This document shows, in pieces, positions 1 through 14,600 of a stretch of 64,000 nt of DNA. The position numbers were made by a program, and so were the translations under genes. The stretch covers positions 1,478,452 to 1,542,451 of the forward strand of contig NW_002060952.1 in NCBI RefSeq assembly GCF_000150275.1, in the 5' to 3' direction. This stretch comes from Trichoplax adhaerens. Taxonomy: Eukaryota > Animalia > Placozoa. Under the pieces are notes generated by a model, which did no database searches, had not been told where the DNA came from, and saw only the letters and a list, made by a program, of their open reading frames with translations. Every line of letters starts with the position of its first letter. Within the stretch, counting starts at the first letter, position 1.

Positions 1-1950
1 GAAAGACCTTGTTTTAATGTTGCACTTTAGATTTATTCATTCTGTACCTCTACCGATTATCTGTATGATAAATGTAGGCTTTTACTAGAGCTATACTGGT
101 ATTGGGATAGGTTATCAGTAACGTATAGATATGGTTATAAACATTGCTATACTATATTATGCAAGGATCAACACACTTGATTGACTTTACTCTTCAAAAT
201 GAAGACCTTATTTAAGGTTGCATTTTAGATTTATTAATTCTATACCTCTATCGATCGTCAGTATGATAATGGTAGTTTTTATTCGTACTATACTGGTATT
301 GATATAGGTTATTGACAATGTGTAAATATGGTAATGAAATAACATTGATGTCAATCGGAGTAATGAAGAGAGGCTGATTAATCAGCCTAGGATAAGACAG
401 TGAAAGGGAATATATCTGAACAAGGATATACTATATGATCAATAGACTGCTCGATTAGTTCTTAATGGCTTCTCTGATTTATTCTTACACCTCTATATTA
501 CACTAGAGTGGGTATTTAATGAAGCCTTGATTAGCATTATCTTTAAAATTGTACTTTGATCGGTATATCTATATCGCTAATGTTGATTAAAAGAGAAAAT
601 TTATTAATAATTCTGTACTTGTATCTACATAGACGTTAATGAACACTGATTGACGTTAATATAAATGGAATAAGGAAAAGCGATTGATTAATAATCAATC
701 TTTATTAAATACATCAGGGAGAGACACAATGATATACTGTTTAGCAACAGACTTTGCTCGGCTAGGTCTTAATGGATTCTCTGATTAATATTTGATTCTT
801 TTTTCTCTATGCTATACGAAAGTGCACTAGAGTTGATTGGATTTTATCTTCATAGAGGCCCTAATCAACGTAACATTTTTGATTGTGTATTTTTCTGTAC
901 TTAGTAATATCGTCAATATTGATTATATTATAAAATAAAATATTTTCGTACTGTACTGGAATTTATGCATACATATGCATTACTAAACAGTAATCGTTGT
1001 CGAATCAGAACTGAGTAATAAAGGGCTGATTACTCGGCTTGCACTCATATCGTACGAGAAAATACATAAGTATAGCAGATAACGCGTTATCAACAGGCGC
1101 TGCTTGATTAATTCTTAATAAAGTCCTTGATTACTATTCCATTAGATTCACATATCTCGATCTATTCGCATATCTTCATGTCGTATGTACGAAAAATGGA
1201 CGGTAAATTAACTTACATTTCAAAGATACCGGTATCTGTTATTTTCACAGGTAATTAATAGCAATATACATCAGAGAAATGATTAAAGGTTGACTGATCT
1301 ACTTGTACGATGAGTTGAACCAGCGCATCTTTAAACTTTAATATTGTACTAATAAATTCAGCTCGATTGATTCGTAATGAAATGCCGAATAATATTTAGA
1401 TTTATTCGATATCTGTCCTCTATAAGAAATAAGAATTGGAATTTAATGCTTTATTTATGTTTTGTCCGTACGGTATGTATCATTATTTCAAGAATAACTA
1501 ATAGCAGACAGTTTAGAGCAATGAAAAGGAACTGATTAAACAATCATGCCAATAGTAAAAGAAGGAAGATTTACACATCATTATACAGTAATATCAATAG
1601 ACTTGATTCCAGCTTTATTAATAAAGTGCCTGATTAATATTACATTAGACTTATTAATATCTATATGTTTACATATTGTCAGTCTGGAACGTCAACTATA
1701 ATTCTATGGTATGGTAGTCGTATTTGCACATATGTTTTATTTTAGCATTAATTAAAATGAATAGAAATCAAAGCGATGAAAGAACTTAGCTAATCAATCT
1801 CGTCAGTGATATGTGGAGGAGGATTTATGCTCGCACATTGGTATTTTTTAGCAGACTTAATTAGGTTAATTCTTCTTGATGAAGTTTCTATTGAATACTA
1901 ATTTTAATGCGTCTCTATGTTTTCATATTCAGCTATAAGAATAATATAAT
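1..1950. repeat. Old, degenerate AT-rich tandem repeat region
   Basis: 1-135 and 201-335 are clear diverged copies (gaaagacctt...ttgcactttagatttatt...ctatactggtattg...gatatggt). Motifs resembling 'ctgatta...caa(t/c)agac...g(a/c)t(t)ag.tcttaatgg...ctgatt' recur near 360-480, 670-790, 1015-1135, 1520-1640 and 1775-1890. Confidence 0.6.
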
Positions 1951-2432
1951 TTATCAATCATTAGTACTTTGGTTATGCTTATGCGTATATATTATCCTAG
2001 AAGAGATTAATTAATATCAAGTTTTGCGTGTCTTTTATACTCCAGTGTTAACGACTCAGTCTGATTAATACTTTTAAATAAATTGCTGATATTATAATAT
2101 TATAATATACAGTACAATCGATGTGATCGATTTTATCCAGACGTTTGTATTTCGTCTATGTAAAGTGTAAACTGTAATTTTTAGGTATTTTATTGTACTT
2201 ACACACCATTTTAGCAAGTTTTTATATCGGCATACGATAGTATAATAAAGAAAAATTGACCAATGCGCTTTTATGAAATTGTTAACCTCGATTAATTATC
2301 AATAACGCTGATTCTAACAATATTTTTGGGGGAATTAAATTAAAAATTTATACTAGTTCTTTTGATTGTAATTCTAGTTACTATGAAATGAAATAATGAA
2401 AATAAGTCGACCCCGTCATCTGTAAATAACAC

Positions 2433-2610
2433 TACCCCGTACTGGGACTACTCCACAATTTTTACCCGGTCCAAATCCAAACTCACAAAATCCTAAAAAT
2501 AAGAAAAAAATGAGACTCTAAACATATAGTACTTTAAAGTGCAAACAATTGGGATTCTGTGAATTTGGATTTGGACTAGGTAAAAATTGGGGAGTAGCCC
2601 CTGCCCTGTA
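2433..2610. mobile_element. MITE-like element with ~50-bp imperfect terminal inverted repeats, probably Tc1/mariner-derived
   Basis: 2444-2492 (gggactactccacaatttttacccggtccaaatccaaactcacaaaatcc) is the near reverse complement of 2552-2601 (ggattctgtgaatttggatttggactaggtaaaaattggggagtagcccc). The right end reads ...ccctg|TA. No ORF. Confidence 0.6.
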
Positions 2611-4044
2611 ATAATTATACTTTTGTCCAAATTATATATTCTTACTTACTACATAACACTATTATCTGCAGTAATATCAACAACATCAAAACTAAAGATT
2701 CTGTATCCTTGCATATTACTCACACAACACTCTAACTTACAATGATGTATAATTAATAGATATTGCTAAATCGTTCTTTACAATATTGTAATTTATTTTA
2801 ATCCTTAGTGTACAGTATAGCTTCATATTTAGTAATAGAAGCTGTTACGATCACAGGATACTAGGGAGGCTAAGGGTTCTCACAGAAAATACAAATACCC
2901 TTTCTATCATAGAAATAGGGACCTTTAATACTCCAAAGCACCAATATAGCTCCAACTGTCTGTATAGTCAAAATCCCTCGTGGCATTCGCCAACAAACTC
3001 CTTTTATAGTCAGTCTACTTACAGTGCACCATAAGATAATATGCAACATATGAAACTGTATTATACAATACTATATATATATACTATATATATGTGTGCC
3101 AAAGCGAATTGCCTTATTAGGGTACGGTGTTAAGAGTTCTGGTAACTTCGAATATCCTTACAAGTAATTTTGCACGATGGTAGTTTTAACACGACATAGA
3201 ACCCAACTCTTTCTATTAACCATATAGGGATTAACGTTTTATTACAGCAAAAGATGTATAGTACATAAGATATCATAGATTAAGTAACAATGTAATTAAT
3301 TGTGAGTAAAAAATGACTAAATAAATACAAATAACAAATAGCTATATCGTCAGATGTTCGATATCAAAATGGCAATCTCTTTATAGTATCGTATTCTATC
3401 AATAAAAATGTAAGACATATGACACCGACATATGACAATGAAGTTATATTAACTATTGAAGCGCTTTCACATGTCTAGGGTGATCTTACGTCTATATGTA
3501 ATATTATTTAACAGCATGAAGACATAGCCATTGCGTGTTATGTATGATAGTCTAGCAGCGTTAGGAAAAAAAGTGCTACATTAGAGCATATTTGAAATTA
3601 CTAAACACTAATTCCAGGTACTAAAGGTGCAGCGCAGTTATTTTGATTGTGAAAATTAAAGATCACTTCGGCCGGAAGATTTAGCAATTATTGTTGATAA
3701 TTCTGATCTATCAGCATCAGCATTTGAAAGTGAACGTAAAATTGATGATTATATAAACTTCTAAATCTCAGGAAATACATTAAAGACATGATCGATTCAG
3801 AAGTAAATTATTTTAAATTGTCTGGAACAAATTTATCACAACAACTATATACAATTTGTTAAATTATAGATTACTGTCTACATTTCATAATACATTTATC
3901 TACAACATTAGTAGTAAAAATACGAACGTCACGTAAGCTTTTCAAAATCTCTAGTGTCATAACATTTGAAAATGTATAATTTATAAATTTATTTAAAATG
4001 GTTCATGTACTAGCTTGAAACCAGCTTCTATCAGAAATAATATT

Positions 4045-6735
4045 TTATTTTTCATTGTCTTCATCGCTACTCCATGTATCCTGATAAAATTTAAAATTTG
4101 TCGTATTCGAATCTTTCGTTCTTTCCTCTTTCTATACGAGCGTTAAAGATAAAGTATAAAACAGTATTATCAAGTCTTAGCCCGAATATAGTGTAGTAAT
4201 ATTTAATTAATACATTAGAGGTTTCGTACCATTTGAGATTTGGCTTTAATATATCTTTCATAGTGATCATTACATGACCACACCAGTATATTACTGTCAT
4301 TACCGCCACTGTATAATTCCTATATTATTGCATCAACACACGACAGCTTATGCAACTTTTATCTATTGCAACAGTTACAAGTACTATGCAAAAAAGTATC
4401 AAATACACTATTTCATTCGCATTTTACACCATTGCAATTAATATCTCTTTAGCTTAACATCAAAGATTGTCTAACCTGCCTATAAGGATTATAGCAACAG
4501 CAACTAACATTGTTGTAATGCCCTCTAAGTGTTGATAACTGTCGTCCTGTCTGTATCTCATAGGTAGCGATGTTACCTTCCGATGGAACGAAGACATAAT
4601 CAGACAAACCTCCAGAAGACAATGAAAACTTATAACCCTTTGAAGAAGTATTATAAATTTTTCCAAAATTGACCTATTTAAAAGATACATTTATGTTAAA
4701 TTTTCCAGCAGCAACAAACGTTGCTACAATGCCAAAATCTGTACAAATAACATTAAATCTATCAAATATTCTATTTTTAAAGAAAATTTTTAATTAGCAT
4801 TTAACTACCCAAGCTTACCAAGGTATTCTTTCCGTTAGATGCATCCCATAATCTTAGTTCATTATCTGTCCCATAGCTAATTAAAAATCGCCCATCTTCG
4901 GTGAAACGAATACCACTTACAGCGCCGTTATGAGAAGTACAAGATCCTAGATAAATTCAAATAATGAAGTAGCATAAATTTATAACTTCAGCCATACTTC
5001 CAGAAATAATCCTAGAGATGGAAATATCAAAATGCATGCTCTAATATCAATATACTAACTGGCTTTTGAAGCACTAGTATGCAGCTCTCCGTTATATTGG
5101 TCCAGTGCCGCTACAAATCCAGACGCCCGACGAATGTCCCATATAAAAATTCTGTTGTCTCGGCTCAATTGTTAATCGATTTTGATTTATTAGACTTGAA
5201 AGAATATTACTAAATAGTATTTACATAGTAAGCGTTAATTTGAGAGGTAATTTCTACCTTCCAGTTGCTAGCGTATATTCTTCAGCTGGTGACCACTGGA
5301 CAGTATAAACAGAACTTCTATGGCCTAAATAAGAAATAAATCGATGTTGATGCATTTTAAATAGAGCTTCTACATTATTGATTGCAATCTTTATCATAAG
5401 TTACACAAGCCGAGTATCTTCTAAGGTTGTAAACTGCTGAAGCAGTATAACATTTTATTAAAGTACCTTTTAAAGAGTGGGTCATTGATCCAGATTTTAA
5501 ATCGCATAGTACTACTACCTCACGCCTACTTCCAACTATGGAGTGAAGTAAAATTATAGAGATTATAATGCTGAAGTAAGATACTTAAGATAAGAACTTA
5601 TAGGTTATTGGGCTTTACGTGGTAAGAGGAATAAGCTACCGTATCTATCCAATATCAGCAACGATTATTGAAACTTTTACCTGCCACTAAGTAATGCTGT
5701 GTTGCTATTGGCGACATGTGATGATTATAAATAGGTTTTTGGATATTAAATTCCTCCACCACCTATGAGAGAGAAACTTATCTATTTAGACATCTTAAAT
5801 TCCCAATCGATGCAAAAATATTTAGCTCAATTAATATTATTATGGCATGTTATATGTGTATGCATTATGCTACACATATAATAACTTTATCGGTAACTGC
5901 TTTACAGTATATTATTATAGATAAGCTTAGTCAATAGAATAAAATCAATCGTCTTATAGTGAATAATATCAGGATTCCATCTGATATTGACAGGTTAATA
6001 ATTATAAAGTAAAGGTCATTACATCTAGGTTATTCGTATCCCAAACTTTTAACAAACTATCCATTCCACTGGAAAGGAACATTCCTGTATCATGTGGATA
6101 CCACTGGATTGTTTCGACGCTATTCTTATGGCAAGCTGCAGACGATCTAACGATACATTTATACGATACTTTAGGGATGTTTTGCAAAAATAATACACTC
6201 AATATTTTTATTAAGTTATCACATGAGATCTAAACCATCATTACTAAAGTCTATACGTAAGCCTGTATAGAGGCATCAAGTCTTGAGCAGGTGTAATTAT
6301 AAACTAATTCTTATAGCAAGCAACGTGAAAGATACAAAAGAAACTCTCGTATTACCTGTCAACGGCGCAAACTGGCTGAAATTCAGATAATACATCATTT
6401 GTTGCGTCGTCCAAGTCATAAAGTACGATTAAACCCTCAGATCCGCTAGTCAATAAACTGATTAAAGATAAATAGTAGTATTCTGTTTTTATCGAGCATT
6501 TAATTCGCAGTAACAATATCATTGGTAGATTGATCAAAACGGAATAATCACTTAATGCTTACTATTTTCCTTCAGCTAATTCCAAGTCTAAGCAATTGAT
6601 CCCAGCAGAAAATTTTCTCTTGAAACTGCAAGTTTTGCTAAGTTCCATTGATAAAAGGCGGTGTGCAGCCTGAATTCGAGGTAGAATCGAGGGTGATTCT
6701 AAACCGCTTTCTCTTAATCTTAGATGATGCAGCAT
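4045..6735 (-). CDS. ERCC8: DNA excision repair protein ERCC8 (CSA), WD40; multi-exon
   Basis: Exon 1 [20 protein letters not shown]...[14 protein letters not shown], then [80 protein letters not shown], ending [11 protein letters not shown]. Collinear with human CSA; GT-AG introns. Confidence 0.95.
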
Positions 6736-7040
6736 GATAGGGCGTCGATTGGATTCACTATAATTCTATCCGTTTACCTGTGATACTGTATCTTCAAGCA
6801 ACAATATTACAAGATATCATGGAAGGGTGCTAATGGTTGCAGTTGAAGATAATTTAATTTATCCCCGTAGGATGGTATCCTTATACAAATACGAGTACCC
6901 TAATATAATTGTTGCTGCTGTTTAACGTTGACTTTCGTAGCAAAATCTGAGCTATTACCACGACCATTTGTTAAGCGTTACTCAATGACGATATTTTCTT
7001 CTTCTTAATTTAGTATCGAGACAAACAATAAAACTTACTC

Positions 7041-7445
7041 AATCTATGATCAAAAGTACAACTCCCATTAATTGTAACAAAGCCAATCAATCGATCAATG
7101 TATTAAAATCAAAGTGATAAACGGTCATCATGACAACAACACTTTAATTTCAGTAATAGCTGCAGGAGCTACCGTCAAGGTCGATGTTGCTGTTCAGGCT
7201 TTGGTCTTTGATGCTGGTATGAGTTTAATCTATAATCAAAAGTACAACTCCCTATTAATTTTAACAATGCCAATCAATCAATCCATTAATTTCAGTAATA
7301 GCTGCTGGAGTTACCGTCAAGGTCGATGTTGTTGTTGAGGCCTTCGTCTTTGATGCTGGACACTTTAATTTCAGTAATAGCTGCAGGAGCTACTGTCAAG
7401 GTCGATGTTGTTGTTCAGGCTTTCGTCTTTAATGCTGGTATGAGC
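7041..7445. repeat. Local tandem duplication: 3 copies of an ~80-bp unit plus 2 copies of a ~58-bp unit, in the ERCC8/CCDC130 divergent intergenic region
   Basis: 'ttaatttcagtaatagctgc.ggag.tac.gtcaaggtcgatgttg.tgtt.aggc.tt.gtcttt.atgctgg' at ~7144, ~7286, ~7365. 'aatctat.atcaaaagtacaactccc' at 7041 and ~7227. Confidence 0.9.
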
Positions 7446-8283
7446 TAGTTTGACCTATTCATCCAACTTTCTTATGGTGTAGAGTTGAGTATTTGATGCT
7501 ACTATGAGCTCAATTTATCCATTCGTTGAATTGAACTAGGCCAAATTGGATTTTTGCTAACAACTACCGATGCGATTGCGGAATTACTGCAGTAGTAGTT
7601 ATGCAAGTTATGGATGAACGAAAGTAGCTGCCTGTAGATCAAGTCTCCATGGTATTTTGAAGTTGAAAGAGGCCAATCTGACCGTAGACACTATCTCATA
7701 GTGTTTCTTGTATTACTATGTCATGTATTGGACAGTAACCGACATAATGCTAGCCTTGAAATGACGTAATACGGTACTGTACCGCATATTTAAGTATAGT
7801 GTAACGTATCGGCTTTTGCTCAGTACCGTGTTGCTTATATCACTGCGTACGCCATAGTATTACTACTTGGTGCAGACCATCGCGTTCAGCCGAGATGGCT
7901 CCTGGCCATGGCAAAGTTGACTTTCCTCTATACTGTGTAGATTACAGAGCTAGGAGCTTATAGTAAACTCCATTACAATAGCCCACTGCTAAGTTCTGTA
8001 TGGGGTTCTTCCTCTAGAGCAGTTGATACTGAGCTGATCTAAATCTATTTCGTCGTCGTCGTTATGGTAGCCAGGACTTGCAGCTGCAACAGCATTAGCT
8101 TTGAAAGAGTGCAGTAAAGTACTACTAAAATTAGGCTCAAGACAGACCAGGTGAATGTCCTGTACTAGCAAGTGAAATTTCCTCCTTCGTCAAGGATTTA
8201 GAGGTATCTGTTGCAGTGGATTACAGTGATCACTCAAGTCATCTTCCTTGTTGAATTTCCTATCAAATTAAAGCAATCTCATA

Positions 8284-11060
8284 ATGGTAAGAATATCAAA
8301 TTTCTGCAGGCATAATCGGTGTTGCCAGATACTTTCAGCATGATTGTACACTCAATTTGACTAGACGAGATTATTAGCTAGCTGTTTCTTCTTGATTTGT
8401 CACCCTTAAAAGTATGCGTATCAATAATACTCGTATCATGAATCTTTTAGGCTGATAGAAAGGCAGTAAATAAATATTATCCACCCGATTGGAGACCTGA
8501 AAAGGTAATTTATACTTATGAAGATCTTATATTGTATAGCAGCAGCTAATTCAGCACCTACTCTGCATGGCAGTATTGCAACTCTTCAAGCAAACTTTCT
8601 TATTCATTCATTTTTCATACTTTCTATTTATATTACAACCAAGTGATGCTATTATTTTAAAGATGTTATTAATTTTCAACGGCCATAGAGAATGATACAA
8701 CGTCGCCAAGATATTGTTGTCAGTAAGACTATGTCCTAATCTTGTGTATTTCTCACTTATTTCTGTAGGGTTCCATCAATAAATATCGCGGTAGTCACCC
8801 ATTGAGAGATAGGGCTAGAAAGCTCGATCAAGGCATCCTAATTATAAGGTTTGTGATGAGTATACCTTCTCTAGTTGATTTTACTACGCCAAACCTATTC
8901 TTGTTGTATCATAAAATCTCTCATTGATTCATCTTATTGGTAGATGATTTCAATTATTTTATTCCATGTTTGAACAAAAATTATCATTTTCTTTATACCA
9001 AAGATTTGAAATGCCATATAATATATGGTGTGATGGTTGTGGTAATCATGTTGGAATGGGTATGTTGATGGAAGACATTATTATTACTATTCAACACTAA
9101 ACGTTTGAATAGCTTGATACAGAAATAGGTGCAGTACGCATCTCATAGAATATATCATAGTTATAATCTGCAGCTCTTAAAAGTTTGATTATCATTGTGC
9201 AATATTGCCCTAATTGGAGATAATTTACGATAATGTACTGTATAAATTTCTAGGAGTTAGATATAATGCGGAAAAAAAGAAAGTTGGAAATTATTATACA
9301 ACTCCAATTTTTAATTTTCGGATGAAATGCCACTTATGCGAGAATAAGATTGAAATGGAAAATGATCCGCAGGTTTGTAAACAGAAATTTATTCAATAAT
9401 TATCTGTAACAGGAAGTTGGCTAGTTGGTGATGGTACGATACGTTACGTTTCCTGTAATTCACATCTAAATGCACATAATTGAAGCCTTGGCAAACAGTA
9501 ACAGTTTTGAAAATAGTAGTGGCGGTGTGTTGCACAAGACTGATACATTTCAGGCTAAAAACTATAGCGTTCTGGATTTGATAGCAGTATAGCTTGTTGC
9601 TATATAAAATTTACGATAATGTTTTACCTTAACAACTATAAATTGTAGTGTACAAGACATGCATGTGTTATACTCTATTGAAGTTGTTATAATGTAATTA
9701 TTGAATAGAATTGATAAAGATGAAGTCACCTTAATATCGGGTATGTGTGTTGTATATTGTTAGAACTGCGATTATAAAATTGTCAAAGGAGCTTCCAGAA
9801 AGAACGAGAGGTGGGAGGGTAGTGAAGGATCCATTTCAGTTGATGGTTAGCAAGTTCCTATAGCATTTGTTTTGAACATGCCATATTTCATACCAACTTT
9901 TTTTCGCAGTCTATTCATATTATTTTGACTACTAATTAAAAACTTGTAGGAAAAGATGAAAAGAAAAAATTACTTTCAAATGCTATGTACAAATTGGAGC
10001 ACGATATCGAAGATGCTGAAGCAGGGCAGCAAGCCGCTCCATCTCTAGATAAATTAGAAGTCAGTCTTATATGATATATCCTATTAAATTATACGTACAG
10101 GGCTTGGCATTCAACTTTTGTGAATAAGATAAAAACTTACGGGCTAAAAGCATTATATATTCGTAAGTCATAATACGAAAATGTTGTTGTATTTGATCAA
10201 TTTACAGCGGCATATGGATGTTTGGAAAGACGACTTTTCAGTCAATCAGTTACTACGAAATAAATTTAGGGTAAGTACATCTAAACTACTTGATTCTAAT
10301 AATATAGGTGTACTGTATTGATGCTGTAAATTGCACAGTGCAATTCTTTATCCGTCATTATTGCATGCAAATAAAGCTATGGGTAAGTTTTCCCTTTCAA
10401 ATGTTAATAATATAGAAAAATAAAGCAGTAACGAAACAGCAAGCGCTTGATGACGACAAGTTGAAAAAGAAATTTTCTATCGATATATCATTAAAGGAAG
10501 AAAACGATGAAGATAAGATTGCTGCGTCAAGGATTAGATTTAATAAAAAGGGTGGTAAGACGTGCAAACATCTTCTCACTTGTGGTGATATTCTTTGTTA
10601 TTGCTGTAGTCATATTTTTTGGTGTAAACACAGTATTTCGAATATTTTTCAATTTATAGATGCATTCGAAAATAAAAGAAAGCGTAGATTTGAAATTAAA
10701 ACAAGTTCAATATTTAATGATCCAAAAGCCGAATCATTCGGACGGAAGGATCACCAAAATAAAGGAAATCTATTCAATAAGAAATTAAAAGGTGCTCCTG
10801 ATCATCCTAAATTTAAATCATTAACAAGTCCTGAAACTAAAGCAAAATTTGGTAAAGCAGCGATCGGAAATACTGCTGGGTCGCTAATAAGGCGAAAATC
10901 GAGTGATATTATGGATAAATGTGATAGTTGCAAAGCTGAAAATTCCAAGACTAGTGCTGCAGATAATGATTCATCGCTTGAAGAACAGAATAATACCTTA
11001 TACGCTTTAGTAAATTATGAAACCGACAGTGATAGTAACTCTGGTCAAGAAGATAGCTGA
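8284..11060 (+). CDS. CCDC130: Splicing factor CCDC130/YJU2B (CWC16 family); multi-exon
   Basis: ATG|gtaag at 8284, then ADRKAVNKYYPPDWRPEK, GSINKYRGSHPLRDRARKLDQGILIIR, FEMPYNIWCDGCGNHVGMG, VRYNAEKKKVGNYYTTPIFNFRMKCHLCENKIEMENDPQ, NCDYKIVKGASRKNERW. Stop at 11058-11060. Confidence 0.95.
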
Positions 11061-11614
11061 AGAGCTCTTCAATAAAGTTATTTTATTTATAAGCATCATA
11101 ACGTTTTGATAGAAAACTTCAGTATGGATATACGACATCTACGAATATGTACATAAATGTGGCAAAAGTCTATAATGTTATAATTGAGTATTACAATCAT
11201 CATTAAGTTTAAATTATTATTATTTAACAAGTATACAGTACAGTTGCATCGCAAAAATTTAGCAGACAAAGATTTTTGTACAGTCAATACATTTAGCTAA
11301 ACTTATTATGTGTCAATAATTCTAATTCTAACTTGTGCAGGTACCTTGATATTGTTGACGTAATGTTTAAAAAAATCTTTTAAAATATTAAAACTTGGAA
11401 CAATTTTTGATTCAATACCTTTGCAAGACAGCAATCATTACCAGCTTATAACGATGCCAAATTTGCAAGGATTAAAAGTAATAGTATATATAGCCAACAG
11501 TTAAAATTATTGATGTTGTGTTTGCTTCGAATATTGTACTTGTAAAAGTTTACATCGTTTCAAACCATATTGATATTCAGTTTACGATAAATTATACAAA
11601 AATATAATAATTAG

Positions 11615-14600
11615 TTACAACTCTGCTGTAGTTGCAGATGGCATGGGATCTAAAAGGTGACATATTTGCAAAACATTAGATAGAAGTAATGAATTTTAAG
11701 TTACGCAAAAAAGAATCGAATGTAGTCTACTGACCTGATTTCAACTGTAATACTTCTCGACTTCGATTTATAGCTTCCAGTTTGTGTCTAAAGTGATGAA
11801 AAGTACAACGTAACGTGTCAGTTGTATTCATCAAAACTGCGCTGACTTGCACGTAAAGTAACACTTACTTGAGAGTTTGTGCTTCATATTCACAGTTATC
11901 AGCTAATTGTCGCAAATTCAATAACAGTAGAATCTTTTCTCTAAAATGGAAAATTAGCATTTTACAATCTAGCATTACAAAGATTTTAGCATACCAGCTT
12001 ACCTTAAGTCATTGAACGCTTGGCATATTTCTTCAGTTGGCATAGGTGCAGGCGCTACATAAGAAAGGGAATTATCAGATTTTTACTCTACATGTGAATA
12101 CTTACAACCAAAAAGAATTATCTTTACGTTTTAAACTGGAATTACTTACGAAGATCGTATTCTGAAAGAAATTGCTCTACAGCTTTGGTTTTTTTCTGAC
12201 CAATTGACAAAGGCAGTTTCATCTAGAGAGAGTAAAGAGTGATCAGCGAAAAATAGTACTACGATTCCGGAATTTTAAAAAATAGCGCTCCTACATTCCT
12301 AGTCTTACCCTACTGCTGCGAAGCCAAACACCACTAGACTTTTCAGGAAATTTGATGATTGCGGTATCGGTAGATGACTAAAGGAAAGGATATTTACATC
12401 ATATTTTATAAAAGAATATGGATACATAATCAAATTACAACGTGAACGAATACTCAAATTAGTGGCATTTACTTGATTATGATCTCCTTTCTTTTTCAAA
12501 GACTTCTTCTTAGCTGATTTACGGCCTGAAGGGGGATGTCTACAAATAGTTTTCGTATAAATTAATATAGTGTTAGTAAAATAAGTGCAAGTAAGCTTAC
12601 TGGCATGCGTATGAAATATCATGCAAGCTTACTTTGCTTCTTTCTTCTCATTTGCAGTCATGAGGCGAACGAGCCCTTCCTGTCCTTTGACGCGTTCCTT
12701 ACGTTGCGCCTCAATCGCCTTAAGCTCTACCATTAGCATTTCTTCTTCTTTAACCTAATAGAATGTATGAAATTGGGATATGGACGAAATTGCATGGTCA
12801 TGGACAAAAACTATGAAGATATGTCGACTAAACGAAAGCGATACCTCCTCTGAAGTACGATTGTATAACTTTTCGAGTTGAGATTTACGAGAAGCTTCGT
12901 GTGCAGCATCGAAAATAAATATTTTTTCGTCTAAACCTCGTGCCTATCATATAGCATGTTAAACATAAAAGTAAAATAGTTATATTATAAAATCGATATT
13001 ATAGGTCATAATTAACTATTACCAATGGTCCTATAGATAATTAAATTTGAATATGTATCATGTTATGGTAATAGACTAACTTTCATTATTGTAAATAGGT
13101 GCAATGAAAAATCTACTAGTTCACATGGAAGCATACCTTTATCAGTCTATTCCTGATATCATAATATCTTTCAATTAGATCTTCCATGGTGCGATTCTGT
13201 AATTTCAAAAATGCAATAATTAATTTACTGTTGAACGATATCATGGTCTCTATATTAGTTAGATGATTTAATTAAGATTGATACCGGAAATCGAGCGGAA
13301 TCAAAACGATCGTAAATGACTACGAATTGCAGATGAAAAGTCCTAATCAAGTACAAAGAACACATTAGCTATTACTATTAACAATTATCACCATTGACCA
13401 AGTGAATGAGTCTGGTATTACCTGCAAAGACTAAATAAATGATCTGTTTCTTCTCTAGTCCAATTAGATCCAGTATCATCATGCAAATATTGCTAGAATA
13501 GCAATAGTTATCGTTACTTGCCAACCAATTTATATAAAAGGGTTAAAATTAAAAGTAGCTCGGTTGAATCGAATTTACTTACCTCATATTCTTCTGGTGT
13601 ATAGGTGAACACTTTAGGTTGCTGTTATAAAAATGTAGCGCATTTAATCACGATAAAAAAAGTGACCGGCTGAACAGAACTATTTGAACCGTAAATTGAC
13701 GGAAAATCGGCTAAAGTACTCACGATATTAAACTTGGAAAAAGCATAAGGCTTCGCAACATCTGCAGCTCGCCTCCAGTGATGAAGGCTTGCTCCATCCT
13801 ATAATAATATCAATATAAGCTCATAATGGTCAGTCTATTTTTTAACTATTACAGGTACATTTTGAAAACAAACTCTTCGCTATTAGCTTTTTAACAGAAG
13901 ATTTTAATATAACTGTGTGTGTATGATTCGATTCGATTTGTGAAATACCACTTACAAATGAGTATATATCTACCATAGCACTACAGCTTACGATGCTAGC
14001 CGCAAGGTATATATTTTAATTTTAAAGCTTACCGTTCTAGCAGGATTAGAAAAGGGTGCCCAACACCAACGCCTAGCTCGTGAACGTCCAAGCTTAGCTT
14101 TCACTTGTTTGTAACCTCCAGAAGTTGTACTCATGTCTTCCACATTTTGTTGCCTAAGTTAGATATTAATTGTACAGTTATTAATCTAAGCAGCCAGAGC
14201 TACACAATATAATAAAGATGTTGGTCTATTGCAAAAGTATACTAATGTTTACAAAAACTTTAACGGATAGTGATTCTCAAGCCAGTAATTTTGTTTCATA
14301 AAATTTAAACATTGATGAAGTAATAAAATAAAGACAAAATTAACGTTATATTAATTGCAATCGATTACAGCAATACATTAGCATAATCGATCGCCTTTCT
14401 AAAATATAGTAGCAATTTTATATATTCCAAAATTGTAATTGAAGTTCATCTTTCTAGAAATTCTTTTCGTGATAAAGGATGAAACAGCCATTCTCTATGC
14501 GTATTTCATTATAAACCGGTAGAGTGCAACACTCATGGTCTTCCACTTATAGAGGCAATCTCATGAAATCAGCTTAATAGCTCGTACGATCTTATATTAT

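Noticed and set aside
5161-5170. Non-canonical or U12 intron in ERCC8
   Set aside because: The acceptor is an uncommon GAG but the intron is still GT-AG, with no U12 donor (RTATCCTT).
7114-8171. Short ORFs in the ERCC8/CCDC130 intergenic region
   Set aside because: Non-ATG starts, overlap with a local repeat, and no recognisable homology.
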